A stretch of 54,001 nt of DNA from Octopus bimaculoides (GCF_001194135.2 NC_068983.1:115787493-115841493), one strand, 5' to 3'. Shown: positions 24,181-38,816, counted from the stretch's first letter. Notes: generated from the letters alone by a model not told the origin. Program-made: numbers and translations.

Positions 24181-24581
24181 GTGGCTGTGTGGTACGTAGC
24201 TTGCTTACCAACCACATGGTTCCGGGTTCAGTCCCACTGCGTGGCACCTTGGGCAAGTGTCTTCTACTATAGCCTCGGGCTGACCAAAGCTTTGTGAGTG
24301 GATTTGGTTGACGGAAACTGAAAGAAGTCTGTTGTATATATGTATATATATATATGTGTGTTTGTGTGTGTCTGTTTGTCCCCCCACCATCGCTTGACAA
24401 CTGATGCTGGTGTGTTTACATCCCCGTAACTTAGCGGTTCGGCAAAAGAGACCGATAGAATAAGTACTAGGCTTCCAAAGAATAAGTCCTGGGGTCGATT
24501 TTCTCGACTAAAGGCGGTGCTCCAGCATGGCCGCAGTCAAATGTTTGAAACAAGTAAAAGAGAGAGAGTAAGAGTAAAGAG
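24181..24581 (+). mobile_element. SINE family B, near full length
   Basis: A-box TGGCTGTGTGG, B-box GGTTCAGTCCC, internal (TA)/(TG) tract, aaagag tail. Confidence 0.9.
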
Positions 24582-25073
24582 TATATTTCTACTTGAATGT
24601 AAATCATCTGGAAATTTTCAGTCTTTGCTTTTTCTTTATTTATATGTATTCATGAATATATATTCTGTACATCAAACCCAAGGAGTTTTATCTGTTTATT
24701 TGCCTCATTGTCTCTCCCTTTTTCTCTCTCTGTATATATATAACATCATAAAGCTACTTGTGGAAGTATTGGAAATGTGAAAGCATGCAAATGCTTGAAC
24801 ACACACACTGAGGGCTTCCAGTATAGTTCACGTTTTTTAAATTTCATTCCAAAAGTATTGTCAGCCAAGGGCTTCTATAAGTAGATTCTTGTCCAAGGTG
24901 CCATGCAGTGAAATTGAACTTAAAACCACTTAGCTATGAAGCAAACTTCTACTTCATGAAGTGCTTTCATCAGATATGCCTTTTATCTAATTTGATGGAA
25001 AAGTGCAACATTCCCTGACCAAAGACGCCGGATGTCTGAACAGTGAGTGGCATGAAAAGGAATCTGGTACATT

Positions 25074-25389
25074 TGTGGCTTAGTGGTTAAGGTATTTGGG
25101 TCGTGATCGCAAGGTCATGATTTAAATCCTAGCGATGCATTGTGTCCTTGAGCAAGACTCTTTGTTTCATGTTGCTGCAGTCCACTTAGCTGGCAAAAAC
25201 GAGTTGTACCTGTATTTCAAAGGACTAACCTCATTACATTCTGTGTTACACTGAATCTCCCTGAGAACTTCATTAAGGGTATACGTGTCTGTGGAGTGCT
25301 TGGTTATATGCATGTTAATTTCATGAGCAGGTTGTTCCATTGATCAGATCAACTGGAACTCTTGTCATCATAACCAACAGTGTACCAGT
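25074..25389 (+). mobile_element. SINE family E
   Basis: tgtggcttagtggttaagg head, gtgtccttgagcaagac core, A-like 3' half. Confidence 0.75.
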
Positions 25390-27470
25390 TACGTATTCCT
25401 ATTCTGCTCTTTTAAGTGAGGGAAATGTCGTGAACAATGTTGACATGAGAATGGATGTAGTCCAAACTGGTCAACAGTAGCTCCATGGAAGCTTTTATGT
25501 GACTCACACATGCTTAGAGACAGGAGCACAGGGTAACACTGATATATTTGTTGGGAATTTTTGAAGGAAATCACTTTAAAATACTGTTTTTAACCTTTCA
25601 GGCATCAATTGTTTTATCCTACTTGGTAACTGAGATAGTTATGTCTTATCCAGCTCATCTGCAATTAATAGTTGGTGCAACCATCTTTGTCTAGATGTGG
25701 AGGTGTGTTTTATGGGTTCTTTCAATATAGTATCACAATTTCCACTGGAAGGGGAGATGAGCAACTCTCTGACTTCTTGAGTTGTCTTAGGCTGTAATCA
25801 TTTGGCCATGCATGAACTGTGCTTCTACATGGATAAATAATAAAATAGGGTTGTTTGGTCAATGAGGAGACAATATCAAACTGACTGTAGCTACTGATTT
25901 CACTTATGAGCTTGCAGTGAGTTGGTTTATCTTTTGCCAGTCTAAAGAATATTCAATGGCTTAAGAATTCTGTTAGAAATTATGTTCTTGCAGTTTTTAC
26001 AAACGTATGCTGTATCATTCAGGGATGTTGGCTGCTGGTTCATTTAATGTCTCTGCGTCACCATGTTGAGGCCACTATCTTGCAGTAAATAAATGTTGTA
26101 CTTAAAGTCAAAGCATGCATAGTAATTATATTTTGTATAGATTCAGTTATTTATTTCAACATTTTGTATAGATCTGTTGGTCTCTGTGGTGGGATAAATA
26201 ATTATGATTATTAAAAGTAATATACTGCAGTAGTTCAAAGCAATATACAAATCTGTTAATGTATTATCTAAAAATGGCATGTTATATGCAATATGAAATG
26301 TGATTGGACAAAAAAATTGAATTCAAAAGGATGAACAGAATATACTGAGAAAGTTATGTGGCAAATCAAAAGAAACATATATAGTTCTTTTGAATGTTGT
26401 ATATTTGTAGAATAGAAATAATGTGTGTGTGTGTGTGTGTGTATTTGGTATTATTGGTAATTATTTGTAAAATGTTACTAAGTTGTGCAAATTGTTATTA
26501 TTAGGTGTAGTGAAAAAAGACTATCATACTTTAAAAAAAAAACCCCAGAAAACTGGCAAGAAAAAATAGCACTGCATTGGAGTTTCATATTGTAATGTTG
26601 AATGGCTTTCTATTAATGTGTGAGAGTTTGTAAAAGCAGTCTGTAGAAAAGACCTAATGTCAATTGTCACTTTCGTTTTATAATATTCTACATCTAGCAT
26701 AGTCCATTGTCAGTCCATTTGTTACATAATTTTGACTTCTAAAGTACAGAAATATTCAATTGAGAACATGGATGGTTTATATCTGCATCACGAAACTATC
26801 AACAAATGATTTTTATTCAAAGGAAAGTATTTGCATGGTAATGTACCCACCTATTTCATTTACAAGAATGTAGGCAGTGCATTATTAACATTCAATTAAA
26901 TAAGCTGTGAACTCAAATCTGTAACTTTAAGTTTGTATTTTTTGTACATCATGAATGTAGTTTTCCCTTTTTAACACAAATGATTTGCTACATAAATGTA
27001 ATGTTGCCATGAGAGATAATAAGCTGTTATAATGGCTTGTATTTTGCAGTAAATTCTGAGGGTTTTAGTTCAAGCATAGTCAAAGTCTTGTGAAAGATTT
27101 TTCCTTGGTATATGTCATGCCTGTGACATAATAGTTGAGGGAAGTAGGATGTCACATACTCATTAGCAAATCTTTTTGAGGTCTCAATTCCCTCAGGGAT
27201 TATATCACAATGTAGATCTGACATATTGTTTTGTTTGGATAACATTTGGAAGTTCAAGGCTAAGGTTGATTGAAGTGTAGTGTAATCTGCATAAGGTTGT
27301 GTACTGGTTAAAAGTAATAGTGGGTAAAATTGCTAATACAGAAGGAAGTGTGTGGAACGTATTGCTGCATCTTGGGTTGCACCATAGTTAATAGGTTGAC
27401 TGAAAGTGAAATTCTCAAACTTGAGAGACTGCTGGCACAAAGCATAAGAGTGTAAATTCCAATCCTTAGT

Positions 27471-27860
27471 TGTTGTTGTTGTTGGCACTCCGTCGCTTAC
27501 GACGTTGAGGCTTCCAGTTGATCTGATCAACGGAACAGCCTGCTCGTGAAATTAACGTGCAAGTGGTTGAGCACTCCACAGACACGTGTACCCTTAACGT
27601 AGTTCTCGGGGATATTCAGCGTGACATAGTGTGACAAGGCTGACCCTTTGAAATACAGGTACAACAGAAACAGGAAGTAAGAGTGAGAGAAAGTTGTGGT
27701 GGAAGAGTACAGCAGGGTTTGCCACCATCCCCTGCTAGAGCCTCGTGGAGCTTTAGGTGTTTTCACTCAATAAACACTCACAAATCCTGGTCTGGGAATC
27801 GAAACCGCGATCCTATGACCGCGAGTCCGTTGCCCTAACCACTGGGCCATTGTGCCTCCA
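27471..27860 (-). mobile_element. SINE family A, full length, perfect 12-bp TSD CCAATCCTTAGT
   Basis: Direct repeats at 27459-27470 and 27861-27872. Confidence 0.93.
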
Positions 27861-29974
27861 CCAATCCTTAGTAGACCTGGTTCATTTCACAGGTGGTCAT
27901 TGAGGAAGGACGAAGACTGAAAGGAATGATTGTTCATGGATGTCTCTCCACATTTGAAATATTGGAGTGAGAGTGAAAAACGTATACATGCATCGTAGTT
28001 TGAAAGTATCCAATTCTGAGAAAGAAGGAACATAAAATGGTATAGAGGAAGGGAGTATAAAAGGTGTGTCACAAGAAGTACTTAGCTTGCATATTCAGAA
28101 GAATAGGGATGAACTTGTGATTTATGTGATAAAATAGAATGTAATAAAAATGAAATTCACTACCACAGTTTTAAGTAATTTCACATTTTTTCAATGTAAT
28201 GTATTACACATCATATCAGCTAATATTTATATTATTGTGAAGAATATATCATTATCCTCATCAACATCATCATCATGATGCATGTTCTGTTCCAGGAATA
28301 ATTGTTATCATGTTTTAGTAACTTTGGGAAAGGATTTTTCTTACTGATTTTCCAAAGAGCCAGAAGTTTTAGAATTTGTTTGTGGTGAGGTTAGCCCAAA
28401 TGTGTATTGAGACATCCGTTTCTTTCCTGAGAAAATTGTAATATAAATGAAATAAAGCTGATAGCTACTGAGAATTGAACTGGGTTGCAGACTTGACTTA
28501 GTATGAGTATATTGTTGTACAACAGCAGTTGCTATGGTTCAATCAATTTAAATCAATCTATAGACACTTTATGTCAATAATTATAATATATCTGGGAATA
28601 TATCGGTCTCTTACATTGCTGATTAGTATGGCTGCTATGATTTTTAAGGCGATACCTGTATGCACCCCACTCTACATCATTGATTGATCAAGAATTCAGC
28701 TATTGTTTGTATCCATCTTCTCTACTGTCCCATGAGAATATTTGAGTCCAGAATCACAAGTTAATAAAACATACTAATCACACAATACCCTGTTGTTTAC
28801 AGTAGAGAACGGCACAATCATACAGTCTCTATTTATAGGTCATTGCAGTTTCTCAAACAGCACATAGATACATGCACTCACACTCAAATATATCTCTCCC
28901 TGTGTCCTTTAGTGAGATTTTTCCAATGTTATCTTCCCTACTTAATACTGGTATAATGTATATATCCAATCTAAAACTGTGGTTGCAAAACTGAATTGGT
29001 TTTTGTGTTGAACTATTTGTCAGACTATGCTATACATACTTGCGTTCTTTACAAAAATGTTTTCTAAATGTCTTCACATTTTTGTTGATGTGAACAGTTT
29101 TATTTTCTCTCAATAGGCAAGTCAATTGTAGGCAATTGTTGGCTAGAATCCATCACAAATCTATCGTTAGGCTTTCTCTGTATTAATATGAAAATATCAA
29201 TATATTGGCAAAAGACCAATCATTACAAGAAGTTTCAATAGAGAATTCGTCAATGCTTTTTAGATAATTAACTCTTCAGTGAGGCACAATATTCACTTGT
29301 CTTTCTAATCAGGTTCAGGTATCAGTCACAGCTCTTACTTCCAAGATAACTTTTAAAGGGCATTCAGCTGCAGGATTGTTTAATGAAAACCTTTAAGGTT
29401 AACATGCTGTTGTTGTTGTTTAATTTCCACACCAGCCCTGACACAAGTAGACTTATGATCAAAGTTATTCCAGTCATGACCAATACTTACTTTTGAGAGA
29501 GTTTATTTAAAACTATTAATCTTTTTTTCTAAAGATTTTAGAGCACGATTTGAAATAGTTTTAGCTGCCAATTTTGAAGCAGGTTGTTCAGCTATGAAGA
29601 AATTCCCTTGTTGATTCAAGTAACATGAATATCTATGCTTTTAAAAGGCTAAAAGGAATGTAGAAACTATGAAAATGACAATATGTATATGTCAAGTTAT
29701 TTTCAAATGATTTTGTTTAGTGGTACTCAGGATAAAAAAGGGTTCATTAACAAACCTTTTATGAATTCTTCAAGTTGACTCATTAATGCGTCAATCTGAA
29801 GAATTCATTATTTCTTTGGTAAATTTACCATTTCAGCTGAACAAATTGGTTTCAGAATTATACATGTTGGGAAGGAACTTGATCAGAGATTGTGTTGAAA
29901 TGGTAACAGTTACAATGAAGCAGGGTCACCATTGACAATTGATATACCTTTTTTGTAACAGTGTTATATATTTA

Positions 29975-30125
29975 TTTCTTTATTGCCCTCAAGGGGCTAA
30001 ACATAGTGGGGACAACTCCAGTGCGTAACTGGTACTTAATTAATCAACCCCGAAAGGATGAAAGGCAAAGTCAACTTTGGTGGAATTTAAACTCAAAATG
30101 TAATGGCACATGAAATACCGCTAAG
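29975..30125 (-). mobile_element. SINE family D, internally deleted
   Basis: tatttctttattgccctcaaggggctaaacatag tail plus ccccgaaaggatgaaaggcaaagtc core. Confidence 0.75.
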
Positions 30126-31662
30126 CTTAGTGTTATATATTAAGTATCAGTCTTTTGTTATATATTTATGTCTTTCTCACTAGTGCTATTCCATTTTATA
30201 TGTTGGAAGTCAGTTGTAAGCCGTTTCTTTTAGGTTATGTTGAAAAATATGTTTAAGTAGAATTCTTTTTAAGGAGTGGATGAGATTTATCATTCTGATC
30301 AACAATAAATGTTGGCATATATTTTGTTTTCTAAATTCCTATGTATTCATTTTTATTTCAATGTTCTAGAGAAATAGCTTGACGAAAGCAATTGCTTGTC
30401 AGAGTAATGTCACAAAAAGCAATTGGGGATGACAGCTTAGTGAATATTGCCATTAAAAGTATAAAATAGATTTGCATCATCAGCTATTCTGTTACTAATC
30501 TCCAACTAAATCAATATCATTTTACTAAAAAGGTCAAAATAATGAAGTTTGACTTTTTATCTCTGACTATAATTAATTCAAGCAGAAATATAAAATAAAT
30601 CAAATAGTTATATTAGAATATCTGATACCTCAAATATGTATGATGTAGGGTATGTCAAAGACAAGTTTTCTCAGTGATTTATTTCTATACCACAAAAAAT
30701 TTACACTTATTTCTGATTTTCTTTCCTGTTTTATTTGCTTTATTCAACTCTCTTGGCTATTATGTCATAACTTACTTTAGTATATTTCATAATCATATTT
30801 TTCCTCTCTAAAATCTGTCTTCCCAATTTTCCCCACCTTACCGTCGATCCATATCAGCAATACTATGCAACTTTCATTGGTTTTTATTTAATTTTTACTT
30901 CCAACATTTATTTATTATATTTCCATTATCAGTTTAGACAAACTTATTCCATTTCTTTATAAAGTTCATAAATTTTAATTCTTTTTGAACACTAGAGAGA
31001 GAGGTGAGAGATGGAGTAATGGGATCTTGTTTTTAAGGTAGACTCCTGTTTCAGGAAATAATTCTTCATTTGTGTGGAGAAAATGTTTTCTCTGAAGCAG
31101 AAGTATGCCAAAAATGTTATAGTTCACATCTTTTCACTGCACACAGACTATATTAACTGATTTTTGCAATTATAGTTCACCACTAGTTAATCCAGACTCT
31201 GGTTTTTATTATATTCCACATCTCATCACCATCTTCGTCTCAATGAGTTATAATGGCCAAACTGATAAAATGTTGTCCTGAATCATAACCTGTTATTGAT
31301 GCTTTGACATTGGAAAAGCATAAACCCAACCATATTGCACTTGGGCAATGACTGGTGCATTGTTTATCTAATTGGAAGAGAAGGTTTAGTGATTTTACAA
31401 TATAGAGATAATTCAGAAAATGAATGGTTCATATACAGCTTATTCTTGGTACTTTTATTTTACTCTCCAAACCATACCATATAAATTTTCTCTCTGCTCA
31501 AATATAAATATATTTGAATTTGCGTTTTTGTTCATTTTAGTTGTAGCTTTCTCTTTTCCACATCTGAATATTCTCATTTCAGCAGGGTTACTTTTGTCTA
31601 TAAGGTTATCTTTTGATATCTATCTTATTTTCATGACTGTTTGTATATTTCTCTGTCAAATG

Positions 31663-31985
31663 TCTGGCACTCTGTTGGTTACAACAACAAGGGTTCCAGT
31701 TGATTTGATCAATGAACAGCCTACTCATAAAATTAGTGTGCAAGTGGTTGATCACTCCACAGACATGTGTACCCATAATGTAGTTTTCAGGGAGATTCAG
31801 TGCGACACAGAGTGTGACAAGGCTGGCCCCTTGAAATACAGGTACTACTCACTTTTGTCAGTTGAGAGGATTGGAGCAATGTGAAATAAAGTGTCTTGCT
31901 GAAGGACACAATGTGCCGCCAGGAATTGAACTCACAACCTTATGATTGTAAGCCAAATACCTTAGCCACTAAGCCACACCTTCAC
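31663..31985 (-). mobile_element. SINE family E
   Basis: Homologous to 7481-7782 and includes the head. Confidence 0.78.
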
Positions 31986-31989
31986 TCTG

Positions 31990-32178
31990 TCACATGTAAT
32001 GCTTATTTATTCACATTGTTTTAAATTAATCATAGCTTTGAGATTTTGATGATCTGATAGTTTATTTTTAGAATAACATTGTAGGGTAGGTGTGAAAGGC
32101 CAGATTTGGGTGGTTTGAACATAAAACAGATAGAATATTTGGGCCCAATATGGCTGGTTTAAATGTTGAAGGGCTAAA
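31990..32178 (+). mobile_element. Degenerate piggyBac-like MITE (family F)
   Basis: Internal sequence matches 47918-48134; right end aaatgttgaagggctaa. Confidence 0.55.
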
Positions 32179-32240
32179 TAATCTTAGTTCTTCCTTTTTC
32201 TACTTATTTCAAATATCTCCTATTATTTCATTAATTTCAG

Positions 32241-32301
32241 GTATTGATTTCAAGATGAGAACAGTTAACATGGATAATAAAGTAGCCAAAATCCAAATTT
32301 G
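32241..32301 (+). CDS. RAB15: Rab15-like coding exon 2 (IDFKMRTVNMDNKVAKIQI-W)
   Basis: tttcag| acceptor and TG|gtaagt donor; 61 nt; continues the frame with the RabF1/F2 motifs. Confidence 0.95.
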
Positions 32302-33199
32302 GTAAGTACTTTTGGTTCAGTTTTATTAAATATGCTCATTAAAAATATATTTAATTTTAAAAAGTCATCCTGATTTAGATTTAAATACAAAAGATCAAAT
32401 CAAAAGTGAAAGCAAAAAATGCAAAAGACACAAACTTTAACATGCTTCTAGTTGTCTGCAGACATTTTACTTTTGATTCTCAAAATCTTTCACTATACAT
32501 TGTCACTAACTTCCTGCTGAATGAAAGTCAGAAAGCCAATATTCTTTAGAAATTATGCAGCAAGATTTAGAATAATTGTATTGGAAATAAACATATTGCT
32601 TGGATATTAATACCCTGAATTTGTAGAATTCTAGAATATTTGTGCAAGCTGATATGTATTATTTTGTTTAATTACAAATAACATATAAATTTGTTTCAAA
32701 TTTTAAATTTCATTTCAAATAACATTTTAAAAATCTTTATTATAAGTAGTTTGTGAAGTCTCATGTCTTCTGATATATGCTTGTAGATTTTTTTTTAATT
32801 TTAGATATTTCATTCATTCCTTTAGATATGAACTGCTTTTTTCCAAGAGCAAATATGAATTCTTCTATAATACTAGACAATAATGTACTACCTATACTGA
32901 TATTTTGCCATATCTGTTTATAGGACATGTATTTCTGTGTGTCTTTGTTAAATTGGGTTGTTTGAAATAGACATCAGATCCACATTTCTATGCTCAATAT
33001 TTTGAAAACAAAACTAAACATTAATCTTCATCTTATCTGAAGGTTCCAGAAGGCATTTTTTGTTGCAATTTACATTCTAACAATCATTTTGGTTGGTGAT
33101 ACACTTTTGTTGTTTACCCAAATCATTCAATTTTGTTTATATACAATAGTGTTACTTCAGTTCATCTATTTTTGATTTAATAATTTGTCTTAGATATAG

Positions 33200-33250
<51 letters not shown>

Positions 33251-33559
33251 TGGTGATATGGCCTTCTTTTAAGTAAATATAACATAAGACATTAAAGTGT
33301 CATTTGAAAAGGAAGTAGTTACACATCGTATAAGTTAGGCAAGATGGCATGTTTGTAGTTGTCCAGTGTTTTCTTTGTTGGAAACAATGTTCTGAATTGC
33401 TTCTCCCCCAACTATCTCTGTGTTCTAAGCAAGGACAATGTTTGCCTTACTATGATATATATTGTGCTTTTAATACAACATGTCTACTAAGAGATTTTTC
33501 TCTCAGATAGGTATTTTAATTTAATGCTGTTTCAGTTGCATACACTAAATATATGATGG

Positions 33560-33835
33560 TAGTCTCTTGTAGTCTGAGAAAAATGGTTGTGTAATTCCTT
33601 GTTGAACAACCTACACAAATGATTTGTTTGCAGTGACTGAATGTTTGTACTGAACATTAGCTCACTCCTTCCATCAAATCAATGTTTCCTAAACAGGTGC
33701 AGCAGATGTTGAAGTGATTGCAGAGCAACATTCGATGAATTGTTTTACTCAATAACACAATGCACCACCTGGTCCAGGAATTGAAACTATGATCTCACAA
33801 TCATGAGTGCAACACCCTAACCACTTAACCACTAT
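33560..33835 (-). mobile_element. Old E-like SINE
   Basis: ccaggaattgaaactatgatctcacaatcatgagtgcaacaccctaaccact is the reverse complement of a tRNA-like head. Confidence 0.5.
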
Positions 33836-33984
33836 ATATAACTGCTCAAAGCATCATACAATGGGACTGAAACCAAAGCCACCATTTGAAAAACAAATAT
33901 CTCACCAAATCTCTCTGCAATATCATGTTAATATTAAAAATGCTTATCTATAAACATTTATCTAAACCTAAGATACCTGTATAC

Positions 33985-34193
33985 ATGTAAATGACACTCA
34001 GGCCATATCTGACTCAAATATTTTATCTGTTTCAATGTTCAAACAGGCCAGATCTGTCCTCTCACACCTATACTACAATGTCACTCTAAACACACAAACA
34101 ATCACATCACAGTTACAAAGCTATGAGATAATACATGAAACAAGATGGATAAATAAGCATTAGAGTTGATGGATTAATCTGAATGCTAAAGGG
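33985..34193 (-). mobile_element. Degenerate piggyBac-like MITE (family F)
   Basis: Ends gaatgctaaaggg|ttaa; interior is the reverse complement of the other F copies. Confidence 0.55.
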
Positions 34194-34530
34194 TTAAAGA
34201 AATTCAAATTTCTACTCATCAAGCCTAAAAGATTCACCATTACTCTTGTTGGGTGTGTCAGCTTGGTGAAGGCCAACTTTCCTTAAGGAACTTCTAAGTC
34301 TAGAGTGCTACTCAGCACTGCAGTTGATGACATACTCCATTAGTTGGCTGGCTTCACTCCATAGCTGACCTTCTTCACTTGTTTTTCAGCACATACATCC
34401 ATACTCACAATTAAGTGCTGTTAAATTGTTTCCCATCAGCCATTTATCTAAGGATTTGATGACAAATTTCTCTTAACAAATTTAATCCGAAGTTTGTACA
34501 TCTATGAGATATATGTTTGTATGTATGTGC

Positions 34531-34575
<45 letters not shown>

Positions 34576-35447
34576 TGTGTGTGTTAGTGTCTTTTTTTTC
34601 CAAGACATCACATGTTAGTTGTAAATAAGTGTCTTTATCATTCAAGTCATGTCCTTGTGTTCTTCATTTCCAATCTGCTGTATAAACATTCATGTTTACA
34701 CAGCCAAGAAAAAATATTGCCTTGCTTAGAAACAGTTGAGCATTGGTGACTAGAAAGGCTTGGTTTGGAAAATATATGTTCATGATTTGTGAATCAGGTA
34801 CAAACATTTGGTTTGTACATTCTCAAACATATTCCAAAATATTTGATCTTTTCCTACAGCTGTGTAACACCAACAGAAATAGTGATTTTACTTTGGGTGC
34901 CAAAGTCACTATGCTAATGTTGGGAATTCCTTGGTTGTGTCAAATTGGATTTTGTTCTATAGTTATGCTTCTGCATATTGTTAATGTTTAGTGGTTTGTT
35001 CTTATGTTTCTTTGTTTTTCATTTTGATTTGGTGTGCTTTATATACAGCTTATACAGTTTCTTAGGTCTTTTCTGACCTTAGTTAATGTTATTTACCCTG
35101 TTTGTAAATAATTATAGTTAAACCTGATCAAATTGCTATTATAAGGAGAATGTGTGTTTGTGTGGTGTGTTATGCTTACTGTAAATACGCAAATTTACAG
35201 TGGTATTCATTTGGAGATAATATCTCTTCTGGATGTATCAGTAGCAGACGAGAAATGGTCCAGCAGCCAGTGAGAATGTCCGGTGCATACTTCTTACCGC
35301 ATTGGGCTTTGTACATAGCATATACTCACTGCCAACTGCATGCTATGACAAAATCTATCACTACTGATAAAGGAAAACAGTGAGTGAACAATCATTGGGG
35401 TTGCAATTAGATGCTCAGCTGAATAAAATTCCATTATATACAACAGA

Positions 35448-35614
35448 ATAGGCGCAGGAGTGGCTATGTGGTAAGTAGCTTGCTTACCAACCACATGGTT
35501 CTGAGTTCAGTCCCACTGCGTGGCACCTTGGGCAAGTATCTGCTACTATGGCCGACCAAAGCCTTGTGAGTGGATTTGGTAGACAGAAACTGAAAGAAGC
35601 CCATCGTATATATG

Positions 35615-35661
<47 letters not shown>

Positions 35662-35858
35662 TTGTCCCACTACCATCACTTGACAACCGATGCTGGTGTG
35701 TTTACGTCCCTGTAACTTAGCGATTCAGCAAAAAGAGACTGATAGAATAAGTACTAGGCTTACAAAAGAATAAGTCCTGGGGTCGATTTTCTCGACTAAA
35801 GGCGGTGCTCCAGCATGGCCGCAGTCAAATGACTGAAACAAGTAAAAGAGTAAAAGAG
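35448..35858 (+). mobile_element. SINE family B, full length
   Basis: ataggcgcaggagtggctatgtgg head through gtaaaagag tail. Confidence 0.9.
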
Positions 35859-37435
35859 AAGTAGCATTAGATTAAAATAGCCATTTGCTTTTTCATTATG
35901 TAATTATGTTGAGTATGATACCCAGTTGTGTGTATATGTCCATGTGGATGTGTGTGACATTATGAATGATGATTGTGTCTAAGTATTTATATGTATGAAT
36001 ATGCGTGTATGTATAGTTGTGTTATCTTCCTTCTTTCATTTAACTATTTCAGAAATTAAAAAAAAATTATCATTTAGAAATTATTTTAATTTCTGAAAAT
36101 GTTATAAAATTATTGAAATAGCAATCCTGTTCCCTCATATTTGAAATGACTGAGTGGTGAAAATGGTTGCCAGTCTTGAATAGTTGTAATGGATTTATTT
36201 GTAGTATTTCAGGATAAACTCAACTTGTCTAAAAATAAATCTTTGCACAAAGCAGCATTGAATAGAGTATATTCATGTAACATTATATTCAACGTGTTTG
36301 AATGTACTCGGGTGTGAGAAGACTTTTTACTTCAGAGCAAGTTCCTGGAGAAAATTCTTCTCTTACACATGTGTAAAGACATAAAGATGGGCAATGAATG
36401 ACATCAATGGAGCAGAAGACGTATATGTTTCTGTGCCACTTCTCTTTGTCGACTGTGAAAACCAGAATTGTCTTTCATAGTCTGTTGAGAATAGAATTAT
36501 TCTTATTAAAACAGTATACAGAACTTAAGCTGATGTTCATAAAGATGGGTTAAGCTAGAATTAAATAAATGAAAATGACACATGAAGCAGATGAATGAAA
36601 TATATTTATGTAAAGTCATATTCAATATGTTCATGTACACTCTGATGTGAGATGACCTTCCACTGCAGAGATATCCAAGGAGAAAATTCTCCTCTAAGCC
36701 ATGTGTTAAAACACAATTCTAGCTTCACCAAGCTTTACACACAAGCATACGTTTTAATAAGCATATGTGTTGATAATAATTCCATTCTTATTGGGCTGTG
36801 AATGGCGGATTTGGTGTATGTAACTGATGAAGTGAGACAACACAGAAATGTATGCATCCTATGGTCCATTGATGTCAGTCACAGCGTATCTGTTGTTTTC
36901 AGACATATCTAAGAGGAGAATTTGCTTATGAGACTATCCCCATGGCAGAAGATATTCTCATGTCGGAGTCTACTCAAATATGTTGAACATAACTCTTCAT
37001 TTCTGTGTTTAACCCATAAACTGCTGGGATTTTGCTGTGTGTAACACAAACTGCTGAGCCTATTTTGGGTAAAGGTCAACATCGATCTATCACTCGAAAA
37101 AAATACTCAGTGTTTCTTAACACCTTCTGTGATTGACTACACTGTTTCTGGGGTGAAAGGGTATCATGTGCATACATTATACATCATCAAAATTAGGTCA
37201 GATCACGCCCTACTTCCGTGGCCACACACGTGGCCTGTCGCACTGTCACGTTGGCCACTGAGGTGGCCTATCGCAGTTTATGGGTTAAGTATGAGAGATA
37301 ATGCAGAGTATGTTAGTACAACTTTCATCAACCATCTCTTTACCAATTCACAAGATTATCTTCACCCAAAAATTCCTCGATTCCCTCTTAAAATATTTAT
37401 GCAGTCATTTTCTTTACTCTTTCTCTTTTTTAAAG

Positions 37436-37496
37436 GGATACAGCAGGCCAGGAGAGATTTGAAGCTATTACTCACCAATTCTACAGACGTGCTCAG
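37436..37496 (+). CDS. RAB15: Rab15-like coding exon 3 (DTAGQERFEAITHQFYRRAQ)
   Basis: Polypyrimidine tract plus taaag| acceptor; CAG|gtat donor; 61 nt; G3 DTAGQ and switch II. Confidence 0.95.
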
Positions 37497-38167
37497 GTAT
37501 ATACTACTTTCTCTTTGACATCTACACAATTTCTGAAATAAATTCATATTATTATTGCTTACTTGGAACTTATTTTATCAATGATTACTGTTTCCTGTTG
37601 ACTGTTAAAGTTTTTGATAAATTAAGGACTGAGTTCATTCATGATAAAATGATTCGTAATATATAGACAAGACATATTATCCAATGTGTGCTTCCATTTC
37701 TAAGATGGTAGGCTATAATTTAAGTGATATTTAGCTGTGATTTCTTGCAGGCTAAGTGACCATGAAGAGACTCACTTGTTTGCTTGATGTATGTGTAGCT
37801 CTATGTGTGTTTTATGTATGTGTATACTTTGTACATGTTTCTATTTTCCTTTAAGGTTTTGTTAGAAACAAGTGTTAATAGCCATGACTTTCACTAGAAA
37901 TGACACACCATTTTACATCTATTGTTTCAGTACCAGAGTGATGGTGGTGGTGGTGGTGGTGGAGGAGGGGGTAAATATTACAAATCTGGAGCACAACATG
38001 TTTTTACAAGTGTGTCTTTGTAATCGCTATCTTGTTATAGTTATTCATTTAGCCATGAAGTAGGAAGTGGAACTTGCATAATTAAACTAGATAAAATATA
38101 TTAAAACAATAATAATTTTTATCTTTTATGATGTATAACTTCTGACGGAAGAAACTATAATAAAAGC

Positions 38168-38345
38168 ATAGTTGTGTAGATTAAAAAAATGCTTCCCAAC
38201 CGCATAGTTTTGGGTTCAGTCCCACTTTGTGGCACTTCGAGCAAGTGTGTTTTCCTGTAGCCCTAGGCTAACCAAGACCTTGTGAGTGGATTTGGTTGAC
38301 AGAAACTGAAAGAAGCTTATTGTATAAATGTATATATATGTATAT
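38168..38345 (+). mobile_element. SINE family B 5' half running into a gap
   Basis: gggttcagtcccac...tgtgagtggatttggttgacagaaactgaaagaagc. Confidence 0.7.
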
Positions 38346-38751
38346 TTATGTGTATATAGATATATATATAATATAAANNNNNNNNNNNNNNNNNNNNNNN
38401 NNNNNNNNNNNNNNNNNNNNNNNNNNNNNNNNNNNNNNNNNNNNNNNNNNNNNNNNNNNNNNNNNNNNNNNNNNNNNNNNNNNNNNNNNNNNNNNNNNNN
38501 NNNNNNNNNNNNNNNNNNNNNNNNNNNNNNNNNNNNNNNNNNNNNNNNNNNNNNNNNNNNNNNNNNNNNNNNNNNNNNNNNNNNNNNNNNNNNNNNNNNN
38601 NNNNNNNNNNNNNNNNNNNNNNNNNNNNNNNNNNNNNNNNNNNNNNNNNNNNNNNNNNNNNNNNNNNNNNNNNNNNNNNNNNNNNNNNNNNNNNNNNNNN
38701 NNNNNNNNNNNNNNNNNNNNNNNNNNNNNNNNNNNNNNNNNNNNNNNNNNN

Positions 38752-38784
<33 letters not shown>

Positions 38785-38816
38785 CATACAAATACATACA
38801 TACATATATACAGACA

